Shown: piece after piece, positions 40,501 to 55,500 of the stretch | Layout of the letters: every line of letters begins with the position of its first letter | How positions within the stretch are numbered: position 1 is the first letter of the stretch | From: the human T2T-CHM13v2.0 reference genome, Homo sapiens | Direction: 5' to 3' (one strand) | Assembly: GCF_009914755.1 (NCBI RefSeq) | Contig: NC_060942.1 | Length of the DNA: 64,000 nucleotides | Made by a program: the position numbers and the translations under genes | The notes under the pieces: model-generated | What the model was told of the DNA's origin: nothing | The model's database searches: none | The model's input: only the letters and a program-made list of their open reading frames with translations

Positions 40501-43500
40501 TATCTTTTGATACAGCACGTTGGAAACACTCTTTTTATAGAATCTGCAAGTGGATATTTGGATAGCTCTAACGATTTCGTTGGAAACGGGAATACCTTCA
40601 TATAAAATCTAGACAGTGGCACTCTCAGAAACTGCTTTGTGATATCTGCATTCAAGCCACAGAGTTGAACATTTCCCTTCCTAAAGCAGGTTTGAAACAC
40701 TCTTTCTGTCGTATCTGGAAGTGGACATTTGGAGCACTTTGACGCCTTTGGTGAAAAAGGAAATGTCTTCCCATCAAAACTAGACAGAAGCATTCTAAGA
40801 AACATTTTTGGGATATATGTACTGAACTAACAGAGTTGAACCTTTCTCTTTATAGATCAGTTTTGGAAAGCTCTTTATGTGGAATCTGCAGATGGATATT
40901 CGGATAGCTCTGAGGATTTCGTTGGAGACGGGAATACATAAAGAAAGTAGACAGCAGCATTCTCGGGAGATTCTTTGTGATGTTTGCTTTGAAGTCACAG
41001 AGTTGAATATTCCCTTCAATAGAGCAGGTTTGAAACACTCTTTCTGTAGTATCTGGAAGTGGCCATTTCGATCGATTTCAGGCCTATGTTGAAAAAGGAA
41101 ATATCTCTACATAAAAACTAGACAGAAGCATTCTCAGAAACGTCTTTGTGATGTGTGTCCTCAACTAACAGAGTTCAACCTTTCTTATGATACAGCAGTT
41201 GGGAAACACTCTTTTTATAGAATTTGCAAGCTGATACATGGATAGCCCTAACTATTTCGTTGGAAACGGGAATATCTTCACATAAAACCTAGACAGAAGC
41301 ACTCTCAGAAACTACTTTGTGATATCTGCATTGATATCAGAGAGTTGAATATTCCCTTTCTAAGGGCAGGCTTGAAAGCGTCTTTTCGTGGAATCTGCAG
41401 GAGGATATTTGGATAGCTTTGAGGGTTACGTTGGAAACGGGATTACATGTACAAAGCAGACAGCAGCATTCTCAGAAGCTTCTTTATGATGTTTGCGTTC
41501 AAGTCACAGAGTTGAACGTTCCCTTTCATAGAGCAGGTTTCAAACCCTCTTTCTGCAGTATCTGGAAGTGGACATTTCGAGCGCTTTCAGGCCTATGGTG
41601 AACAAGGAAATATCTTCCCATGCAAACTAGACAGAAGCATTCGCAGAAACTTGTTTGTGATGTGTGTCCTCAACTCACAGAGTTGAACATTTCGTTTGAC
41701 AGAGCAGTTTGGAAACACGACTTTTGTAGAATCTGCAAGTGGATATTTGGATGGCTTTGTGGATTTCGTTGGAAACGGGAGTATCTTCATAGAAAACCTA
41801 GACAGTAACATTCTCAGAAACGGCTTTGTGATATCCGCATTCACGTCACAGAGTTGAACATTCCCTTTAACAGAGCAGGTTTGAAACACCCTTTCTGTAG
41901 TATCTGGATGTGGGCACTTGGAGCGCTTGGACGCTTATGGTGAAAAAGGAAATATCGTCCCATAAAAACTAGACAGAAGCATTCTCACAAACTGCTTTGA
42001 GACGTATGTCGTCAGCTAACAGAGTTGAACATTTCTATTCACAGAGCAGTTTTGAAAGACTCTTTTGGAGTATCTGCTAGTGGATATTTGGAGAGCTTTA
42101 AGGATTTCACCGGAAACCGGAATATCTTCAGGTAAAATCTAGACAGAGGCATTCTCAGAAACTTCTTTGTAATGTGTGTCCTCAACTAACAGTGTACAAC
42201 CTATCTTTTGATACAGCACGTTGGAAACACTCTTTTTATAGAATCTGCAAGTGGATATTTGGATAGCTCTAACGATTTCGTTGGAAAAGGGAATACCTTC
42301 ATATAAAATCTAGACAGTGGCACTCTCAGAAACTGCTTTGTGATATCTGCATTCAAGCCACAGAGTTGAACATTTCCCTTCCTAAAGCAGGTTTGAAACA
42401 CTCTTTCTGTCGTATCTGGAAGTGGACATTTGGAGCACTTTGACGCCTTTGGTGAAAAAGGAAATGTCTTCCCATCAAAACTAGACAGAAGCATTCTAAG
42501 AAACATTTTTGGGATATATGTACTCAACTAAAAGAGTTGAACCTTTCTCTTTATAGATCAGTTTTGGAAAGCTCTTTATGTGGAATCTGCAGATGGATAT
42601 TCGGATAGCTCTGAGGATTTCGTTGGAGACGGGAATACATAAAGAAAGTAGACAGCAGCATTCTCGGGAGATTCTTTGTGATGTTTGCTTTGAAGTCACA
42701 GAGTTGAATATTCCCTTCAATAGAGCAGGTTTGAAACACTCTTTCTGTAGTATCTGGAAGTGGCCATTTCGATCGATTTCAGGCCTATGTTGTAAAAGGA
42801 AATATCTCAACATAAAAACTAGACAGAAGCATTCTCAGAAACGTCTTTGTGATGTGTGTCCTCAACTAACAGAGTTCAACCTTTCTTATGATACAGCAGT
42901 TGGGAAACACTCTTTTTATAGAATTTGCAAGCTGATACATGGATAGCCCTAACTATTTCATTGGAAACGGGAATATCTTCACATAAAACCTAGACAGAAG
43001 CACTCTCAGAAACTACTTTGTGATATCTGCATTGATATCAGAGAGTTGAATATTCCCTTTCTAAGGGCAGGCTTGAAAGCGTCTTTTCGTGGAATCTGCA
43101 GGAGGATATTTGGATAGCTTTGAGGGTTACGTTGGAAACGGGATTACATGTACAAAGCAGACAGCAGCATTCTCAGAAGCTTCTTTATGATGTTTGCGTT
43201 CAAGTCACAGATTTGAACGTTCCCTTTCATAGAGCAGGTTTCAAACCCTCTTTCTGCAGTATCTGGAAGTGGACATTTCGAGCGCTTTCAGGCCTATGGT
43301 GAACAAGGAAATATCTTCCCATGCAAACTAGACAGAAGCATTCGCAGAAACTTGTTTGTGATGTGTGTCCTCAACTCACAGAGTTGAACATTTGGTTTGA
43401 CAGAGCTGTTTGGAAACACGATTTTTGTAGAATCTGCAAGTGGATATTTGGATGGCTTTGTGGATTTCGTTGGAAACGGGAGTATCTTCATAGAAAACCT

Positions 43501-46500
43501 AGACAGTAACATTCTCAGAAACGGCTTTGTGATATCCGCATTCACGTCACAGAGTTGAACATTCCCTTTCACAGAGCAGGTTTGAAACACCCTTTCTGTA
43601 GTATCTGGATGTGGGCACTTGGAGCGCTTGGACGCTTATGGTGAAAAAGGAAATATCGTCCCATAAAAACTAGACAGAAGCATTCTCACAAACTGCTTTG
43701 AGACGTATGTCGTCAGCTAACAGAGTTGAACATTTCTATTCACAGAGCAGTTTTGAAAGACTCTTTTGGAGTATCTGCTAGTGGATATTTGGAGAGCTTT
43801 AAGGATTTCACCGGAAACCGGAATATCTTCAGGTAAAATCTAGACAGAGGCATTCTCAGAAACTTCTTTGTAATGTGTGTCCTCAACTAACAGTGTACAA
43901 CCTATCTTTTGATACAGCACGTTGGAAACACTCTTTTTATAGAATCTGCAAGTGGATATTTGGATAGCTCTAACGATTTCGTTGGAAAAGGGAATACCTT
44001 CATATAAAATCTAGACAGTGGCACTCTCAGAAACTGCTTTGTGATATCTGCATTCAAGCCACAGAGTTGAACATTTCCCTTCCTAAAGCAGGTTTGAAAC
44101 ACTCTTTCTGTCGTATCTGGAAGTGGACATTTGGAGCACTTTGACGCCTTTGGTGAAAAAGGAAATGTCTTCCCATCAAAACTAGACAGAAGCATTCTAA
44201 GAAACATTTTTGGGATATATGTACTCAACTAAAAGAGTTGAACCTTTCTCTTTATAGATCAGTTTTGGAAAGCTCTTTATGTGGAATCTGCAGATGGATA
44301 TTCGGATAGCTCTGAGGATTTCGTTGGAGACGGGAATACATAAAGAAAGTAGACAGCAGCATTCTCGGGAGATTCTTTGTGATGTTTGCTTTGAAGTCAC
44401 AGAGTTGAATATTCCCTTCAATAGAGCAGGTTTGAAACACTCTTTCTGTAGTATCTGGAAGTGGCCATTTCGATCGATTTCAGGCCTATGTTGTAAAAGG
44501 AAATATCTCAACATAAAAACTAGACAGAAGCATTCTCAGAAACGTCTTTGTGATGTGTGTCCTCAACTAACAGAGTTCAACCTTTCTTATGATACAGCAG
44601 TTGGGAAACACTCTTTTTATAGAATTTGCAAGCTGATACATGGATAGCCCTAACTATTTCATTGGAAACGGGAATATCTTCACATAAAACCTAGACAGAA
44701 GCACTCTCAGAAACTACTTTGTGATATCTGCATTGATATCAGAGAGTTGAATATTCCCTTTCTAAGGGCAGGCTTGAAAGCGTCTTTTCGTGGAATCTGC
44801 AGGAGGATATTTGGATAGCTTTGAGGGTTACGTTGGAAACGGGATTACATGTACAAAGCAGACAGCAGCATTCTCAGAAGCTTCTTTATGATGTTTGCGT
44901 TCAAGTCACAGATTTGAACGTTCCCTTTCATAGAGCAGGTTTCAAACCCTCTTTCTGCAGTATCTGGAAGTGGACATTTCGAGCGCTTTCAGGCCTATGG
45001 TGAACAAGGAAATATCTTCCCATGCAAACTAGACAGAAGCATTCGCAGAAACTTGTTTGTGATGTGTGTCCTCAACTCACAGAGTTGAACATTTCGTTTG
45101 ACAGAGCAGTTTGGAAACACGATTTTTGTAGAATCTGCAAGTGGATATTTGGATGGCTTTGTGGATTTCGTTGGAAACGGGAGTATCTTCATAGAAAACC
45201 TAGACAGTAACATTCTCAGAAACGGCTTTGTGATATCCGCATTCACGTCACAGAGTTGAACATTCCCTTTCATAGAGCAGGTTTGAAACACCCTTTCTGT
45301 AGTATCTGGATGTGGGCACTTGGAGCGCTTGGACGCTTATGGTGAAAAAGGAAATATCGTCCCATAAAAACTAGACAGAAGCATTCTCACAAACTGCTTT
45401 GAGACGTATGTCGTCAGCTAACAGAGTTGAACATTTCTATTCACAGAGCAGTTTTGAAAGACTCTTTTGGAGTATCTGCTAGTGGATATTTGGAGAGCTT
45501 TAAGGATTTCACCGGAAACCGGAATATCTTCAGGTAAAATCTAGACAGAGGCATTCTCAGAAACTTCTTTGTAATGTGTGTCCTCAACTAACAGTGTACA
45601 ACCTATCTTTTGATACAGCACGTTGGAAACACTCTTTTTATAGAATCTGCAAGTGGATATTTGGATAGCTCTAACGATTTCGTTGGAAACGGGAATACCT
45701 TCATATAAAATCTAGACAGTGGCACTCTCAGAAACTGCTTTGTGATATCTGCATTCAAGCCACAGAGTTGAACATTTCCCTTCCTAAAGCAGGTTTGAAA
45801 CACTCTTTCTGTCGTATCTGGAAGTGGACATTTGGAGCACTTTGACGCCTTTGGTGAAAAAGGAAATGTCTTCCCATCAAAACTAGACAGAAGCATTCTA
45901 AGAAACATTTTTGGGATATATGTACTGAACTAACAGAGTTGAACCTTTCTCTTTATAGATCAGTTTTGGAAAGCTCTTTATGTGGAATCTGCAGATGGAT
46001 ATTCGGATAGCTCTGAGGATTTCGTTGGAGACGGGAATACATAAAGAAAGTAGACAGCAGCATTCTCGGGAGATTCTTTGTGATGTTTGCTTTGAAGTCA
46101 CAGAGTTGAATATTCCCTTCAATAGAGCAGGTTTGAAACACTCTTTCTGTAGTATCTGGAAGTGGCCATTTCGATCGATTTCAGGCCTATGTTGAAAAAG
46201 GAAATATCTCTACATAAAAACTAGACAGAAGCATTCTCAGAAACGTCTTTGTGATGTGTGTCCTCAACTAACAGAGTTCAACCTTTCTTATGATACAGCA
46301 GTTGGGAAACACTCTTTTTATAGAATTTGCAAGCTGATACATGGATAGCCCTAACTATTTCGTTGGAAACGGGAATATCTTCACATAAAACCTAGACAGA
46401 AGCACTCTCAGAAACTACTTTTTGATATCTGCATTGATATCAGAGAGTTGAATATTCCCTTTCTAAGGGCAGGCTTGAAAGCGTCTTTTCGTGGAATCTG

Positions 46501-49500
46501 CAGGAGGATATTTGGATAGCTTTGAGGGTTACGTTGGAAACGGGATTACATGTACAAAGCAGACAGCAGCATTCTCAGAAGCTTCTTTATGATGTTTGCG
46601 TTCAAGTCACAGAGTTGAACGTTCCCTTTCATAGAGCAGGTTTCAAACCCTCTTTCTGCAGTATCTGGAAGTGGACATTTCGAGCGCTTTCAGGCCTATG
46701 GTGAACAAGGAAATATCTTCCCATGCAAACTAGACAGAAGCATTCGCAGAAACTTGTTTGTGATGTGTGTCCTCAACTCACAGAGTTGAACATTTCGTTT
46801 GACAGAGCAGTTTGGAAACACGATTTTTGTAGAATCTGCAAGTGGATATTTGGATGGCTTTGTGGATTTCGTTGGAAACGGGAGTATCTTCATAGAAAAC
46901 CTAGACAGTAACATTCTCAGAAACGGCTTTGTGATATCCGCATTCACGTCACAGAGTTGAACATTCCCTTTCACAGAGCAGGTTTGAAACACCCTTTCTG
47001 TAGTATCTGGATGTGGGCACTTGGAGCGCTTGGACGCTTATGGTGAAAAAGGAAATATCGTCCCATAAAAACTAGACAGAAGCATTCTCACAAACTGCTT
47101 TGAGACGTATGTCGTCAGCTAACAGAGTTGAACATTTCTATTCACAGAGCAGTTTTGAAAGACTCTTTTGGAGTATCTGCTAGTGGATATTTGGAGAGCT
47201 TTAAGGATTTCACCGGAAACCGGAATATCTTCAGGTAAAATCTAGACAGAGGCATTCTCAGAAACTTCTTTGTAATGTGTGTCCTCAACTAACAGTGTAC
47301 AACCTATCTTTTGATACAGCACGTTGGAAACACTCTTTTTATAGAATCTGCAAGTGGATATTTGGATAGCTCTAACGATTTCGTTGGAAACGGGAATACC
47401 TTCATAAAAAATCTAGACAGTGGCACTCTCAGAAACTGCTTTGTGATATCTGCATTCAAGCCACAGAGTTGAAAATTTCCCTTCCTAAAGCAGGTTTGAA
47501 ACACTCTTTCTGTCATATCTGGAAGTGGACATTTGGAGCACTTTGACGCCTTTGGTGAAAAAGGAAATGTCTTCCCATCAAAACTAGACAGAAGCATTCT
47601 AAGAAACATTTTTGGGATATATGTACTCAACTAACAGAGTTGAACCTTTCTCTTTATAGATCAGTTTTGGAAAGCTCTTTATGTGGAATCTGCAGATGGA
47701 TATTCGGATAGCTCTGAGGATTTCGTTGGAGACGGGAATACATAAAGAAAGTAGACAGCAGCATTCTCTGGAGATTCTTTGTGATGTTTGCTTTTAAGTC
47801 ACAGAGTTGAATATTCCCTTCAATAGAGCAGGTTTGAAACACTCTTTCTGTAGTATCTGGAAGTGGCCATTTCGATCGATTTCAGGCCTATGTTGAAAAA
47901 GGAAATATCTCAACATAAAAACTAGACAGAAGCATTCTCAGAAACGTCTTTGTGATGTGTGTCCTCAACTAACAGAGTTCAACCTTTCTTATGATACAGC
48001 AGTTGGGAAACACTCTTTTTATAGAATTTGCAAGCTGATACATGGATAGCCCTAACTATTTCGTTGGAAACGGGAATATCTTCACATAAAACCTAGACAG
48101 AAGCACTCTCAGAAACTACTTTGTGATATCTGCATTGATATCAGAGAGTTGAATATTCCCTTTCTAAGGGCAGGCTTGAAAGCGTCTTTTCGTGGAATCT
48201 GCAGGAGGATATTTGGATAGCTTTGAGGGTTACGTTGGAAACGGGATTACATGTACAAAGCAGACAGCAGCATTCTCAGAAGCTTCTTTATGATGTTTGC
48301 GTTCAAGTCACAGATTTGAACGTTCCCTTTCATAGAGCAGGTTTCAAACCCTCTTTCTGCAGTATCTGGAATTGGACATTTCGAGCGCTTTCAGGCCTAT
48401 GGTGAACAAGGAAATATCTTCCCATGCAAACTAGACAGAAGCATTCGCAGAAACTTGTTTGTGATGTGTGTCCTCAACTCACAGAGTTGAACATTTCGTT
48501 TGACAGAGCAGTTTGGAAACACGATTTTTGTAGAATCTGCAAGTGGGTATTTGGATGGCTTTGTGGATTTCGTTGGAAACGGGAGTATCTTCATAGAAAA
48601 CCTAGACAGTAACATTCTCAGAAACGGCTTTGTGATATCCGAATTCACGTCACAGAGTTGAACATTCCCTTTCATAGAGCAGGTTTGAAACACCCTTTCT
48701 GTAGTATCTGGATGTGGGCACTTGGAGCGCTTGGACGCTTATGGTGAAAAAGGAAATATCGTCCCATAAAAACTAGACAGAAGCATTCTCACAAACTGCT
48801 TTGAGACGTATGTCGTCAGCTAACAGAGTTGAACATTTCTATTCACAGAGCAGTTTTGAAAGACTCTTTTGGAGTATCTGCTAGTGGATATTTGGAGAGC
48901 TTTAAGGATTTCACCGGAAACTGGAATATCTTCAGGTAAAATCTAGACAGAGGCATTCTCAGAAACTTCTTTGTAATGTGTGTCCTCAACTAACAGTGTA
49001 CAACCTATCTTTTGATACAGCACGTTGGAAACACTCTTTTTATAGAATCTGCAAGTGGATATTTGGATAGCTCTAACGATTTCGTTGGAAACGGGAATAC
49101 CTTCATATAAAATCTAGACAGTGGCACTCTCAGAAACTGCTTTGTGATATCTGCATTCAAGCCACAGAGTTGAACATTTCCCTTCCTAAAGCAGGTTTGA
49201 AACACTCTTTCTGTCGTATCTGGAAGTGGACATTTGGAGCACTTTGACGCCTTTGGTGAAAAAGGAAATGTCTTCCCATCAAAACTAGACAGAAGCATTC
49301 TAAGAAACATTTTTGGGATATATGTACTCAACTAACAGAGTTGAACCTTTCTCTTTATAGATCAGTTTTGGAAAGCTCTTTATGTGGAATCTGCAGATGG
49401 ATATTCGGATAGCTCTGAGGATTTCGTTGGAGACGGGAATACATAAAGAAAGTAGACAGCAGCATTCTCGGGAGATTCTTTGTGATGTTTGCTTTTAAGT

Positions 49501-52500
49501 CACAGAGTTGAATATTCCCTTCAATAGAGCAGGTTTGAAACACTCTTTCTGTAGTATCTGGAAGTGGCCATTTCGATCGATTTCAGGCCTATGTTGAAAA
49601 AGGGAAATATCTCTACATAAAAACTAGACAGAAGCATTCTCAGAAACGTCTTTGTGATGTATGTCCTCAACTAACAGAGTTCAACCTTTCTTATGATACA
49701 GCAGTTGGGAAACACTCTTTTTATAGAATTTGCAAGCTGATACATGGATAGCCCTAACTATTTCGTTGGAAACGGGAATATCTTCACATAAAACCTAGAC
49801 AGAAGCACTCTCAGAAACTACTTTTTGATATCTGCATTGATATCAGAGAGTTGAATATTCCTTTCTAAGGGCAGGCTTGAAAGCGTCTTTTCGTGGAATC
49901 TGCAGGAGGATATTTGGATAGCTTTGAGGGTTACGTTGGAAACGGGATTACATGTACAAAGCAGACAGCAGCATTCTCAGAAGCTTCTTTATGATGTTTG
50001 CGTTCAAGTCACAGAGTTGAACGTTCCCTTTCATAGAGCAGGTTTCAAACCCTCTTTCTGCAGTATCTGGAAGTGGACATTTCGAGCGCTTTCAGGCCTA
50101 TGGTGAACAAGGAAATATCTTCCCATGCAAACTAGACAGAAGCATTCGCAGAAACTTGTTTGTGATGTGTGTCCTCAACTCACAGAGTTGAACATTTCGT
50201 TTGACAGAGCAGTTTGGAAACACGATTTTTGTAGAATCTGCAAGTGGATATTTGGATGGCTTTGTGGATTTCGTTGGAAACGGGAGTATCTTCATAGAAA
50301 ACCTAGACAGTAACATTCTCAGAAACGGCTTTGTGATATCCGCATTCACGTCACAGAGTTGAACATTCCCTTTCACAGAGCAGGTTTGAAACACCCTTTC
50401 TGTAGTATCTGGATGTGGGCACTTGGAGCGCTTGGACGCTTATGGTGAAAAAGGAAATATCGTCCCATAAAAACTAGACAGAAGCATTCTCACAAACTGC
50501 TTTGAGACGTATGTCGTCAGCTAACAGAGTTGAACATTTCTATTCACAGAGCAGTTTTGAAAGACTCTTTTGGAGTATCTGCTAGTGGATATTTGGAGAG
50601 CTTTAAGGATTTCACCGGAAACCGGAATATCTTCAGGTAAAATCTAGACAGAGGCATTCTCAGAAACTTCTTTGTAATGTGTGTCCTCAACTAACAGTGT
50701 ACAACCTATCTTTTGATACAGCACGTTGGAAACACTCTTTTTATAGAATCTGCAAGTGGATATTTGGATAGCTCTAACGATTTCGTTGGAAACGGGAATA
50801 CCTTCATAAAAAATCTAGACAGTGGCACTCTCAGAAACTGCTTTGTGATATCTGCATTCAAGCCACAGAGTTGAAAATTTCCCTTCCTAAAGCAGGTTTG
50901 AAACACTCTTTCTGTCATATCTGGAAGTGGACATTTGGAGCACTTTGACGCCTTTGGTGAAAAAGGAAATGTCTTCCCATCAAAACTAGACAGAAGCATT
51001 CTAAGAAACATTTTTGGGATATATGTACTCAACTAACAGAGTTGAACCTTTCTCTTTATAGATCAGTTTTGGAAAGCTCTTTATGTGGAATCTGCAGATG
51101 GATATTCGGATAGCTCTGAGGATTTCGTTGGAGACGGGAATACATAAAGAAAGTAGACAGCAGCATTCTCGGGAGATTCCTTGTGATGTTTGCTTTGAAG
51201 TCACAGAGTTGAATATTCCCTTCAATAGAGCAGGTTTGAAACACTCTTTCTGTAGTATCTGGAAGTGGCCATTTCGATCGATTTCAGGCCTATGTTGAAA
51301 AAGGAAATATCTCTACATAAAAACTAGACAGAAGCCTTCTCAGAAACGTCTTTGTGATGTGTGTCCTCAACTAACAGAGTTCAACCTTTCTTATGATACA
51401 GCAGTTGGGAAACACTCTTTTTATAGAATTTGCAAGCTGATACATGGATAGCCCTAACTATTTCGTTGGAAACGGGAATATCTTCACATAAAACCTAGAC
51501 AGAAGCACTCTCAGAAACTACTTTGTGATATCTGCATTGATATCACAGAGTTGAATATTCCCTTTCTAAGGGCAGGCTTGAAAGCGTCTTTTCGTGGAAT
51601 CTGCAGGAGGATATTTGGATAGCTTTGAGGGTTACGTTGGAAACGGGATTACATGTACAAAGCAGACAGCAGCATTCTCAGAAGCTTCTTTATGATGTTT
51701 GCGTTCAAGTCACAGAGTTGAACGTTCCCTTTCATAGAGCAGGTTTCACACCCTCTTTCTGCAGTATCTGGAAGTGGACATTTCGAGCGCTTTCAGGCCT
51801 ATGGTGAACAAGGAAATATCTTCCCATGCAAACTAGACAGAAGCATTCGCAGAAACTTGTTTGTGATGTGTGTCCTCAACTCACAGAGTTGAACATTTCG
51901 TTTGACAGAGCAGTTTGGAAACACGATTTTTGTAGAATCTGCAAGTGGATATTTGGATGGCTTTGTGGATTTCGTTGGAAACGGGAGTATCTTCATAGAA
52001 AACCTAGACAGTAACATTCTCAGAAACGGCTTTGTGATATCCGCATTCACGTCACAGAGTTGAACATTCCCTTTCATAGAGCAGGTTTGAAACACCCTTT
52101 CTGTAGTATCTGGATGTGGGCACTTGGAGCTCTTGGACGCTTATGGTGAAAAAGGAAATATCGTCCCATAAAAACTAGACAGAAGCATTCTCACAAACTG
52201 CTTTGAGACGTATGTCGTCAGCTAACAGAGTTGAACATTTCTATTCACAGAGCAGTTTTGAAAGACTCTTTTGGAGTATCTGCTAGTGGATATTTGGAGA
52301 GCTTTAAGGATTTCACCGGAAACCGGAATATCTTCAGGTAAAATCTAGACAGAGGCATTCTCAGAAACTTCTTTGTAATGTGTGTCCTCAACTAACAGTG
52401 TACAACCTATCTTTTGATACAGCACGTTGGAAACACTCTTTTTATAGAATCTGCAAGTGGATATTTGGATAGCTCTAACGATTTCGTTGGAAATGGGAGT

Positions 52501-55500
52501 ACCTTCATATAAAATCTAGACAGTGGCACTCGCAGAAACTGCTTTGTGATATCTGCATTCAAGCCACAGAGTTGAACATTTCCCTTCCTAAAGCAGGTTT
52601 GAAACACTCTTTCTGTCGTATCTGGAAGTGGACATTTGGAGCACTTTGACGCCTTTGGTGAAAAAGGAAATGTCTTCCCATCAAAACTAGACAGAAGCAT
52701 TCTAAGAAACATTTTTGGGATATATGTACTCAACTAACAGAGTTGAACCTTTCTCTTTATAGATCAGTTTTGGAAAGCTCTTTATGTGGAATCTGCAGAT
52801 GGATATTCGGATAGCTCTGAGGATTTCGTTGGAGACGGGAATACATAAAGAAAGTAGACAGCAGCATTCTCGGGAGATTCTTTGTGATGTTTGCTTTGAA
52901 GTCACAGAGTTGAATATTCCCTTCAATAGATCAGGTTTGAAACACTCTTTCTGTAGTATCTGGAAGTGGCCATTTCGATCGATTTCAGGCCTATGTTGAA
53001 AAAGGAAATATCTCAACATAAAAACTAGACAGAAGCATTCTCAGAAACGTCTTTGTGATGTGTGTCCTCAACTAACAGAGTTCAACCTTTCTTATGATAC
53101 AGCAGTTGGGAAACACTCTTTTTATAGAATTTGCAAGCTGATACATGGATAGCCCTAACTATTTCATTGGAAACGGGAATATCTTCACATAAAACCTAGA
53201 CAGAAGCACTCTCAGAAACTACTTTGTGATATCTGCATTGATATCAGAGAGTTGAATATTCCCTTTCTAAGGGCAGGCTTGAAAGCGTCTTTTCGTGGAA
53301 TCTGCAGGAGGATATTTGGATAGCTTTGAGGGTTACGTTGGAAACGGGATTACATGTACAAAGCAGACAGCAGCATTCTCAGAAGCTTCTTTATGATGTT
53401 TGCGTTCAAGTCACAGATTTGAACGTTCCCTTTCATAGAGCAGGTTTCAAACCCTCTTTCTGCAGTATCTGGAAGTGGACATTTCGAGCGCTTTCAGGCC
53501 TATGGTGAACAAGGAAATATCTTCCCATGCAAACTAGACAGAAGCATTCGCAGAAACTTGTTTGTGATGTGTGTCCTCAACTCACAGAGTTGAACATTTC
53601 GTTTGACAGAGCAGTTTGGAAACACGATTTTTGTAGAATCTGCAAGTGGATATTTGGATGGCTTTGTGGATTTCGTTGGAAACGGGAGTATCTTCATAGA
53701 AAACCTAGACAGTAACATTCTCAGAAACGGCTTTGTGATATCCGCATTCACGTCACAGAGTTGAACATTCCCTTTCATAGAGCAGGTTTGAAACACCCTT
53801 TCTGTAGTATCTGGATGTGGGCACTTGGAGCGCTTGGACGCTTAGGGTGAAAAAGGAAATATCGTCCCATAAAAACTAGACAGAAGCATTCTCACAAACT
53901 GCTTTGAGACGTATGTCGTCAGCTAACAGAGTTGAACATTTCTATTCACAGAGCAGTTTTGAAAGACTCTTTTGGAGTATCTGCTAGTGGATATTTGGAG
54001 AGATTAAAGGATTTCACCGGAAACCGGAATATCTTCAGGTAAAATCTAGACAGAGGCATTCTCAGAAACTTCTTTGTAATGTGTGTCCTCAACTAACAGT
54101 GTACAACCTATCTTTTGATACAGCACGTTGGAAACACTCTTTTTATAGAATCTGCAAGTGGATATTTGGATAGCTCTAACGATTTCGTTGGAAACGGGAA
54201 TACCTTCATATAAAATCTAGACAGTGGCACTCTCAGAAACTGATTTGTGATATCTGCATTCAAGCCACAGAGTTGAACATTTCCCTTCCTAAAGCAGGTT
54301 TGAAACACTCTTTCTGTCGTATCTGGAAGTGGACATTTGGAGCACTTTGACGCCTTTGGTGAAAAAGGAAATGTCTTCCCATCAAAACTAGACAGAAGCA
54401 TTCTAAGAAACATTTTTGGGATATATGTACTGAACTAACAGAGTTGAACCTTTCTCTTTATAGATCAGTTTTGGAAAGCTCTTTATGTGGAATCTGCAGA
54501 TGGATATTCGGATAGCTCTGAGGATTTCGTTGGAGACGGGAATACATAAAGAAAGTAGACAGCAGCATTCTCGGGAGATTCTTTGTGATGTTTGCTTTGA
54601 AGTCACAGAGTTGAATATTCCCTTCAATAGAGCAGGTTTGAAACACTCTTTCTGTAGTATCTGGAAGTGGCCATTTCGATCGATTTCAGGCCTATGTTGA
54701 AAAAGGAAATATCTCTACATAAAAACTAGACAGAAGCATTCTCAGAAACGTCTTTGTGATGTGTGTCCTCAACTAACAGAGTTCAACCTTTCTTATGATA
54801 CAGCAGTTGGGAAACACTCTTTTTATAGAATTTGCAAGCTGATACATGGATAGCCCTAACTATTTCGTTGGAAACGGGAATATCTTCACATAAAACCTAG
54901 ACAGAAGCACTCTCAGAAACTACTTTGTGATATCTGCATTGATATCACAGAGTTGAATATTCCCTTTCTAAGGGCAGGCTTGAAAGCGTCTTTTCGTGGA
55001 ATCTGCAGGAGGATATTTGGATAGCTTTGAGGGTTACGTTGGAAACGGGATTACATGTACAAAGCAGACAGCAGCATTCTCAGAAGCTTCTTTATGATGT
55101 TTGCGTTCAAGTCACAGAGTTGAACGTTCCCTTTCATAGAGCAGGTTTCACACCCTCTTTCTGCAGTATCTGGAAGTGGACATTTCGAGCGCTTTCAGGC
55201 CTATGGTGAACAAGGAAATATCTTCCCATGCAAACTAGACAGAAGCATTCGCAGAAACTTGTTTGTGATGTGTGTCCTCAACTCACAGAGTTGAACATTT
55301 CGTTTGACAGAGCAGTTTGGAAACACGATTTTTGTAGAATCTGCAAGTGGATATTTGGATGGCTTTGTGGATTTCGTTGGAAACGGGAGTATCTTCATAG
55401 AAAACCTAGACAGTAACATTCTCAGAAACGGCTTTGTGATATCCGCATTCACGTCACAGAGTTGAACATTCCCTTTCATAGAGCAGGTTTGAAACACCCT

